Assembly: GCF_019464535.1 (NCBI RefSeq) | Contig: NZ_CP080507.1 | Span: forward strand, 3,480,001-3,512,000 | From: Horticoccus luteus | GTDB lineage: Bacteria; Verrucomicrobiota; Verrucomicrobiia; Opitutales; Opitutaceae | Length of the DNA stretch: 32,000 nt | Direction of reading: 5' to 3' | Shown: positions 26,272-32,000 of the stretch, one piece after another | Layout: the number at the start of each line of letters is the position of its first letter | Position numbering within the stretch: position 1 is the stretch's first letter | Translations under genes and position numbers: made by a program | Notes under the pieces: generated by a model | Seen by the model: only the letters and a program-made list of their open reading frames with translations | Databases searched by the model: none | What the model was told of the DNA's origin: nothing

Positions 26272-27875
26272 CCGACACCAACCAAAAGAAGCTGGGCTCC
26301 ACCCTCTGGGGCATCGCCGACCAACTGCGCGGGGCGATGGATGCGGACGACTTCCGCGACTACATGCTGTCCTTCCTCTTCCTGCGCTATCTCTCGGATA
26401 ATTACGAGACGGCGGCCAAGAAGGAACTCGGCAAAGACTATCCCGCGCTGCCGGCCGACGACCGCCGCGTGCCGCTGGCCCTGTGGTATGCCAACAACCC
26501 GGACGACATCCCCGCCTTCGAGAAGCAGATGCGCCGCAAGGTTCACTACGTCATCCAGCCCGCGCATCTCTGGAACAGCATCGCCGGCATGGCCCGTACC
26601 CAAAACCCGGAGCTGCTCAACACGCTCCAAGCGGGCTTCAAATACATCCAGGACGAATCCTTCGAGAGCACCTTTGAAGGCCTCTTTTCCGAGATCGATC
26701 TCGCTTCGCCCAAACTCGGCAAGGTCTATGCCGACCGAAACGCCAAGCTCTGCACCATCATCCAGAAAATCGCCGAGGGCCTGAACGAGTTCTCCACCGA
26801 CATCGACGCGCTGGGCGATGCCTACGAATACCTGATCGGCCAGTTCGCCGCCGGGTCCGGCAAGAAGGCGGGCGAATTCTACACCCCGCAGCAGATTTCC
26901 GACATCCTCTCCACCATCGTCACGCTCGACAGCCAATCTCCCGACCAAGGCCCCAAGAAGCGCCTCGAAAGCGTGCTCGATTTCGCCTGCGGCTCCGGCT
27001 CCCTGCTGCTCAACGTCCGCAAGCGCATGGGCCCGCAAGGCATCGGCAAGATCTACGGTCAGGAAAAGAACATCACCACCTACAACCTCGCCCGCATGAA
27101 CATGCTGCTGCACGGGGTGAAGGATACGGAGTTCGAAATCTACCACGGCGACACCCTCACCAACGAGTGGGACATCCTCCGCGAGCTGAACCCTGCGAAA
27201 AAACCCAGCTTCGACGCCATCGTCGCCAATCCGCCCTTCAGCTACCGCTGGGAGCCAACCGACGCCCTGGGTGACGACGTTCGGTTCAAGAACCACGGCC
27301 TCGCCCCCAAGTCCGCCGCCGACTTCGCCTTCCTCCTCCACGGCTTCCACTACCTCAAAGACGAAGGCGTGATGGCCATCATCCTGCCCCACGGCGTGCT
27401 CTTCCGTGGCGGTGCCGAAGAACGCATCCGCACCAAGCTGCTCAAAGACGGCCACATCGACACCGTCATCGGCCTGCCCGCGAACCTCTTTTATTCCACG
27501 GGCATCCCGGTCTGCATCCTCGTCCTCAAAAAGTGCAAGAAGCCCGACGACGTGCTCTTCATCAACGCCGCCGAGCACTTCGTAAAAGGCAAACGCCAGA
27601 ACCAACTCACGCCGGAGCACATCGCCAAGATCATCGAGACCTACAAGTTTCGGAAAGAAGAGCCCCGCTATTCCCGCCGGGTGGAGATGGCCGAGATCGA
27701 GAAGAACGAGTTCAACCTAAACATCTCCCGCTACATCAGCACGGCGACCGCCGACGAGGAAATCGACCTCGCAACGGTCCACAGCGAACTGCTCGGCTTG
27801 GACACGAAAATCCGAGCCGCGACCGAAAAACACAACGACTACCTCAAGGAGCTCGGCCTGCCGACCCTGCCGTAA
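26268..27875 (+). CDS. hsdM: Type I restriction enzyme, M (N6-adenine DNA methyltransferase) subunit
   Basis: The track ORF is trimmed to the ATG at 26268 (MTDTNQKKLGSTLWGIADQLRGAMDADDFRDYMLSFLFLRYLSDNYE, i.e. an HsdM_N domain). SAM motif I is LDFACGSGSLLL and catalytic motif IV is ANPPFSYRW. The ATG overlaps the vapC TGA (ATGA). Confidence 0.93.
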   Translation: MTDTNQKKLGSTLWGIADQLRGAMDADDFRDYMLSFLFLRYLSDNYETAAKKELGKDYPALPADDRRVPLALWYANNPDDIPAFEKQMRRKVHYVIQPAHLWNSIAGMARTQNPELLNTLQAGFKYIQDESFESTFEGLFSEIDLASPKLGKVYADRNAKLCTIIQKIAEGLNEFSTDIDALGDAYEYLIGQFAAGSGKKAGEFYTPQQISDILSTIVTLDSQSPDQGPKKRLESVLDFACGSGSLLLNVRKRMGPQGIGKIYGQEKNITTYNLARMNMLLHGVKDTEFEIYHGDTLTNEWDILRELNPAKKPSFDAIVANPPFSYRWEPTDALGDDVRFKNHGLAPKSAADFAFLLHGFHYLKDEGVMAIILPHGVLFRGGAEERIRTKLLKDGHIDTVIGLPANLFYSTGIPVCILVLKKCKKPDDVLFINAAEHFVKGKRQNQLTPEHIAKIIETYKFRKEEPRYSRRVEMAEIEKNEFNLNISRYISTATADEEIDLATVHSELLGLDTKIRAATEKHNDYLKELGLPTLP

Positions 27876-28020
27876 GCCAGCTCAGGCACGCCAACGCCCG
27901 AAATGTGCTGAGCGAAACGACAGATCTGCAACGCACACGTGGCCGAAGCCGCCGTCGACGAAGTGATTTCTCGCCGACATCGCTTCCGCATCCCTCGCCT
28001 CCCTCGCAGACTCGCCGCCC

Positions 28021-28401
28021 TCACTCGCGGTGAAACGCCTTCTTCAATTCCTGCTTCGCCGCCTGCAGCGTGCGCCGTTTGGACGCCGAGAGATTCGAGC
28101 CCGCCCGATTTTCGAAAAAGCTGATCATCGAAACCGCCGAGCGGTAAGGATTCGTCTTCCGCCGATGACTGTGTTCCGACGATCGCTTCACCGACCGCGC
28201 GATCTTCTTCGGGTCGTTGCTTTTGAAAATATCCTTCTCGAGCGTCATCGCATCGCTCGTGCGCGTGACCTTCGCCGACCACTTCCGCCCGTCGCGCGGC
28301 GTCCGACGTTTCGCCGCCCGCCGTTTCGCCGGCGCACGGCCCTTGCTCGCGGACGCACCCCGACGCGACGATGAACCGGTAGACTTTCGAGTCGTTTTCA
28401 T
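28021..28401 (-). CDS. DUF3175 domain protein
   Basis: Track ORF 28021..28878 is trimmed to the ATG at 28401. That gives MKTTRKSTGSSSRRGASASKGRAPAKRRAAKR...WSAKVTRTSDAMTLEKDIFKSNDPKKIARSVKRSSEHSHRRKTNPYRSAVSMISFFENRAGSNL, a pattern recalled as DUF3175. Confidence 0.72.
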   Translation of the reverse strand: MKTTRKSTGSSSRRGASASKGRAPAKRRAAKRRTPRDGRKWSAKVTRTSDAMTLEKDIFKSNDPKKIARSVKRSSEHSHRRKTNPYRSAVSMISFFENRAGSNLSASKRRTLQAAKQELKKAFHRE

Positions 28402-28632
28402 CGGACAACTTTTCGCTCCACCGTCCTCGCGCAAGCCCGCTCCGCGCCCGACATTCCCTGATTTCCCCCCTCGGGCCGCACCTGCGATTTCTCGCCTGCT
28501 GCTTCGCTCGTTCGCCGCCTTCCTTCGCCGCCGGCACGTCGCCGCCCTCCCACTTCGCTCTCCACGCCCCCTGCGGCACCGCCTGAAAACCGTTCTCGCC
28601 AGAGCCTCTTTTTCGCGCGCAAATTTTTGCGC

Positions 28633-29118
28633 ATGCCCACGCCCCATCCCAAAAACACCATCTGCCTCTGGTTCGATAAAGACGCGCTCGACGCCGCACG
28701 CTTTTACGCCGCCACCTTCCCCGACAGCCAAGTCACCGCCGTCCATCAGGCGCCCGGCGATTATCCGTCGGGCAAGGCGGGCGATATCCTCACGGTCGAG
28801 TTCACCGTCTGCGGCATTCCCTGTCTCGGCCTCAACGGCGGTCCGGCCTTCCCGCACTCCGAAGCCTTTTCGTTTCAAATCGCCACCGACACGCAGGAGG
28901 AAACCGATCGCTATTGGAACGCCATCGTCGCCAACGGCGGCCAGGAAAGCGCCTGCGGTTGGTGCAAAGACCGCTGGGGCCTTTCCTGGCAGATCACTCC
29001 CCGCGTGCTCACCGACGCCTTCACTGCCGGCGGCGCGGAAGCCAGACGAGCCTTCGAAGCCATGATGGAGATGGGCAAAATCGACATCGCCAAAATCGAA
29101 GCCGCCCGCCGCGGCTGA
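28633..29118 (+). CDS. VOC / PhnB-like (3-demethylubiquinone-9 3-methyltransferase domain) protein
   Basis: MPTPHPKNTICLWFDKDALDAARFYAATFPDS...LTVEFTVCGIPCLGLNGGP...ESACGWCKDRWGLSWQITP is a characteristic PhnB-like family signature. The ATG is at 28633; the track start at 28627 is a TTG. Confidence 0.85.
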   Translation: MPTPHPKNTICLWFDKDALDAARFYAATFPDSQVTAVHQAPGDYPSGKAGDILTVEFTVCGIPCLGLNGGPAFPHSEAFSFQIATDTQEETDRYWNAIVANGGQESACGWCKDRWGLSWQITPRVLTDAFTAGGAEARRAFEAMMEMGKIDIAKIEAARRG

Positions 29119-29129
29119 ACCCTTTCGCG

Positions 29130-30221
29130 ATGAAACGCCTCGCCCTCGTCCTGCCCCTCGCCGGCCTTGTGTTGGGCGGCTGCTCCACGCTGCCCTCGAC
29201 TCGCGAAGTCATTCCCGCTTCCGGTCATATCGCCCTCGTCACCGATTTCGCGCCCACGCAAACGATGATGAGCGTGGGCACGACCGCGTTTCAGAACAAA
29301 CAGTGGGACGCCGACACCGGTTTCGACGCCAACGCTGAAGCTCTCGCCGTGGCTCAGGCTTCGCTTACGCGCCAAATCAAAACTGCGAACGGCCGCGACG
29401 TCGGTTTGCCTCCGCCCTCTCCGGAGTCGGCCGCCGCCAATCCAGCTTTGGCCGAACGCCTCGCCGCGCTCGGACGCGAGTGGCAGGTCGACCTCATTCT
29501 GGTGCTTACCTCCACCGACGCGCCGGACTGGCTTTACCGCACCAGCATGCTCCTCGACGACGTGGGTCTCTATCGGCGCGAAGTATTTGGTATGAAACGG
29601 AGTCAGGTCTACGGCGTGTTTGCATTGCGCGCCTTCGACTGCCGCACTGGCCAATTCACCGCCGTCGACCGCCAGGAATCCGCTCGCGAAGTGCCCCACC
29701 TCGACTGGCACGACACCTGGTCCGCTTATTCCGCGCGCGAGCAACGTCACCTCCTGCTCGGCTGGCACGAGTTATTCAAAGACGCCATTCCGCCACTGCT
29801 CACGAAAGCCGGCCTGGCCACCGCTCCGGAGGCCCGCCAGCAGTCGGCCGCGAAGAGTTTCATCTTCGCGCCGAATCGAGCGAAGTCGTGGCTCCCCGAA
29901 GGCAACACCTTGGAAATCCCGCACGGCATCACCCGCACGCAAGCCCACCTCGCCGTGCTCAACGGCTTGAAGGCGCGTCGCTGGATGGTTGTCTCCGATG
30001 CGCCCGATCGCGTCGTCGGCGTCTATCGCGATGACAAAAAGGAAGCCGGCGTCACTGCTGTCATCAGCGATCAAACCATCACCCTCACGCCCGATGATCA
30101 CGAAGTGCATTCCGACGGTTCGCGCACGCCCGCCTCCTACGAACGCTGGCAGCGCAACGTGAAGGAATCGATCTACCGCGAGCTCCTCAACGCCGACCCT
30201 GCCGAAGCTCCCGCGAGCTGA
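29130..30221 (+). CDS. Lipoprotein, unknown function
   Basis: Track ORF 28914..30221 is trimmed to the ATG at 29130. That gives MKRLALVLPLAGLVLGGCSTL, a signal peptide with a lipobox (L-G-G-C). No recognisable domain. Confidence 0.7.
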   Translation: MKRLALVLPLAGLVLGGCSTLPSTREVIPASGHIALVTDFAPTQTMMSVGTTAFQNKQWDADTGFDANAEALAVAQASLTRQIKTANGRDVGLPPPSPESAAANPALAERLAALGREWQVDLILVLTSTDAPDWLYRTSMLLDDVGLYRREVFGMKRSQVYGVFALRAFDCRTGQFTAVDRQESAREVPHLDWHDTWSAYSAREQRHLLLGWHELFKDAIPPLLTKAGLATAPEARQQSAAKSFIFAPNRAKSWLPEGNTLEIPHGITRTQAHLAVLNGLKARRWMVVSDAPDRVVGVYRDDKKEAGVTAVISDQTITLTPDDHEVHSDGSRTPASYERWQRNVKESIYRELLNADPAEAPAS

Positions 30222-30293
30222 TTCGTCCGCTCGACTCATGCTCGGGCCCTCCTGCTCTTCAGCTCGCTCCGCCACCCGCCGTCACCTCCACCG

Positions 30294-32000
30294 ATGTTCC
30301 TTCCCTGGTTAAAACTCGTCCGCCCGCAGGCCCGCGGCTTGGTCTTTGCCGCCCGCTTCACTCTCGGGCTGGCGGCGGGCAGCGCCGTGTGGGCCGCTGG
30401 CATACCGCAAACTCCCGTCGCGCCCACCGACCTCGCCCTTGCTCCCTACAACACCGTGGGCGAGGTCATGACCAATACCAACAGCCCCGACGGGGCGTAT
30501 CGCGGCACCGGCTTCGTCGTCGGCGAACGCGTGGTCCTTTCCGCCGCGCATGTTTTCTTTTCCCCCGAGCTGCCGGGCTGGAATCGCGGCCAGTGGTATT
30601 GGCTGCCCGGCGCCAACCCCGCGAACATCAACCGCTATGATCTCGGCGTCGCCCCGCGGTCCTTCCGCGTTCTCGCCGGTTACGCGGCCGCGGTTGACCG
30701 AACGGTCGATGCGGCCACGCAACTCGACGAGTTTAACCGCGACACGGTTGCGTTGCTCTTCTACGCCCCCGTTGACCCCGCCGGCACCGCGCCGCTGAGT
30801 TTCGACGCGCTCGCCGGCACCGGCACGTTTTCCCTCGTCGGCTATCCGGCGGAAGTCGGCGGCGCGACCGCCCTCTACGGCCGGATGTATTCCCATGGTC
30901 CCGGTGGCGTCGCCGCCACCTTTTCCGCCGAAGGTCCGGCCCAGGATTATACCGGCAACCCGATGGCCCTTTTCCGCTCGCCCGATTTGATCACGGGCGG
31001 CGGCCAGAGCGGCGGACCCGTTTTCCGTCTCATCGATGGAGAATGGCGCGCCGTGGGACTGGTGCTGGCAGGCGCTCGTGACTACAGCTATATGATCGCG
31101 CGCAGTCTCGACGCCGACACGCATGCTTTGATCGACGGAGCCAATATCGACACACAGCCCGGCATCCCCGGCCAGCTCACCCAATCGCTGCCCAACATGG
31201 CCCTCGTGGCGCCCGTCCTCCGCGACGACGGCAGTATCGTTTACGCGCTGCAGGGCGGCTCCCTGCACGCCGTCTCGGCGACCGGCACGGAACTTTGGGC
31301 CGGGCCTGTTCCCCCCTCCGAGTTTCTCGTCAAACAAATGGCGGAATCGCCCAACGGCGACATTATCGTCCTCGCCTACAATCTCGTCGTGCTCGACGGT
31401 GCGACCGGCGCCATCAAATGGAGCACCCCGGTCACCAACGCCTATGCCTTTGCCGTCGGCTCAGGTGGAGAAGTGTATGTGCAGACGCCCAACCGGCTCA
31501 CCGTCATAAGCGCCGACGGTGTCCCGGGTTGGTCCGTCACCCTGCTAGGCGATGATCGAATTTCCGCCGCGCCTCCGGTGATCGGTCCCGACGGAAATAT
31601 CTATATCCTTCACAACGGCCGGCTCCTGGGCTTCTCGCCGGCCGGCCGCGCGACCCTCGACTTCGCCACGCCCGGCAGCGATCTGGCGGTCGGACCCAAC
31701 GGCACGCTCTATGTTTTATACAATGAACTCAACGTGCGCGCCGTCTCGCCCGCGGGTCAGCAGCTCTGGTATCGGCCCTACCACACCGCCCATGTCACCA
31801 TCCTGGCCGATGGGCGGGTCTTGATGCTCGACGGCGCTGCGCCCGACCTCGTCTTTCTCTCGCCTGACGGAGTGGAGTTGAGCCGCCGACGCCTGAACAC
31901 GGGTGCCTACTCCATCGCGACGGATGGTCACTCCATGATTTACACGTCCGGGTCCTACTACGTTCGCGCGACGACCTTCGATGGCGAAGAGCATTGGAGC
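30294..32000 (+). CDS. Secreted trypsin-like (S1) serine protease fused to beta-propeller (PQQ/BamB-like) repeats; 3' end beyond window
   Basis: Absent from the track because it runs off the edge. My translation from the ATG at 30294 reads MFLPWLKLVRPQARGLVFAARFTLGLAAGSAVWAAG...GTGFVVGERVVLSAAHVF (His)...NRDTVALLFY (Asp)...ITGGGQSGGPVFRL (Ser). It continues with repeats such as DGSIVYALQGGSLHAVSATGTELW, DGATGAIKWS, GPDGNIYILHNGRLLGFSPAG, GPNGTLYVLYNELNVRAVSPAGQQLW. The frame is open to 32000. Confidence 0.75.
   Translation, partial: MFLPWLKLVRPQARGLVFAARFTLGLAAGSAVWAAGIPQTPVAPTDLALAPYNTVGEVMTNTNSPDGAYRGTGFVVGERVVLSAAHVFFSPELPGWNRGQWYWLPGANPANINRYDLGVAPRSFRVLAGYAAAVDRTVDAATQLDEFNRDTVALLFYAPVDPAGTAPLSFDALAGTGTFSLVGYPAEVGGATALYGRMYSHGPGGVAATFSAEGPAQDYTGNPMALFRSPDLITGGGQSGGPVFRLIDGEWRAVGLVLAGARDYSYMIARSLDADTHALIDGANIDTQPGIPGQLTQSLPNMALVAPVLRDDGSIVYALQGGSLHAVSATGTELWAGPVPPSEFLVKQMAESPNGDIIVLAYNLVVLDGATGAIKWSTPVTNAYAFAVGSGGEVYVQTPNRLTVISADGVPGWSVTLLGDDRISAAPPVIGPDGNIYILHNGRLLGFSPAGRATLDFATPGSDLAVGPNGTLYVLYNELNVRAVSPAGQQLWYRPYHTAHVTILADGRVLMLDGAAPDLVFLSPDGVELSRRRLNTGAYSIATDGHSMIYTSGSYYVRATTFDGEEHWS

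Noticed and set aside
26049-27620. 523-aa minus-strand ORF antisense to hsdM
   Set aside because: Same shadow-ORF composition. hsdM has the NPPF and FACGSG motifs on the plus strand.
19699-27904. Possible att-like direct repeat at the R-M island borders: AACGCCCCCGAAAT at 19699-19712 and AACGCCCGAAAT at 27893-27904
   Set aside because: It is only about 12 nt, imperfect, and GC-rich in a GC-rich genome. There is no integrase or tRNA nearby, and chance is not excluded. It would need comparison with an empty site in a related genome.
27889-27913. Hairpin GCTCAG...CTGAGC after hsdM as a terminator
   Set aside because: It has a 6-bp stem with a loop of about 13 nt and no T-tract, so it is not convincing.
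30309-31337. 342-aa minus-strand ORF
   Set aside because: G/A/R-rich. The plus strand encodes a protease with an intact catalytic triad that runs off the window, which is why it is missing from the track.
1-32000. Scan for CRISPR arrays, tRNA/rRNA genes, transposases, integrases and prophage genes
   Set aside because: I saw no regularly spaced direct repeats, no cloverleaf-like segments in intergenic regions, and no recombinase-like ORFs. This was by-eye inspection only; tRNAscan-SE or Infernal would be decisive.

Overview
High-GC bacterial chromosomal window. Gene content hints at a Verrucomicrobiota- or Planctomycetota-like polysaccharide degrader, but that is a guess from gene content only. 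I support 27 protein-coding genes, two of them truncated by the window edges. I saw no rRNA, tRNA, CRISPR array, transposase or integrase. Positions 1-10.6 kb hold a carbohydrate/oxidation locus: a DUF4038-like hydrolase, a GxGYxYP-family protein, three PhyH-type Fe(II)/2OG dioxygenases (two are tandem paralogs), an AraC regulator and a beta-propeller hydrolase-like protein. A CPA2 antiporter also lies in this stretch. Positions 10.6-19.7 kb are housekeeping or envelope genes: MFS pump, PLD/cardiolipin synthase, TVP38-like protein, DEDDh-like exonuclease, EIIA-Ntr-like protein, NUDIX hydrolase, M3 peptidase Dcp, and an internally duplicated beta-barrel-like protein. The most interesting region is 19.97-27.9 kb. 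It is a type I restriction-modification operon in the non-canonical order hsdR-hsdS-rhuM-vapB-vapC-hsdM. hsdS overlaps hsdR, and hsdM overlaps the PIN toxin gene by ATGA. rhuM is bracketed by a ~60-67 bp repeated element. Both rhuM and vapB have ATAAAA..TTTTAT palindromes over their start codons. Positions 28-32 kb carry DUF3175, a PhnB-like VOC protein, a lipoprotein, and a secreted S1 protease fused to beta-propeller repeats. Many long ORFs in the supplied track are antisense shadow ORFs or 5' over-extensions and were rejected. All family assignments come from motifs read by eye; no searches were run.
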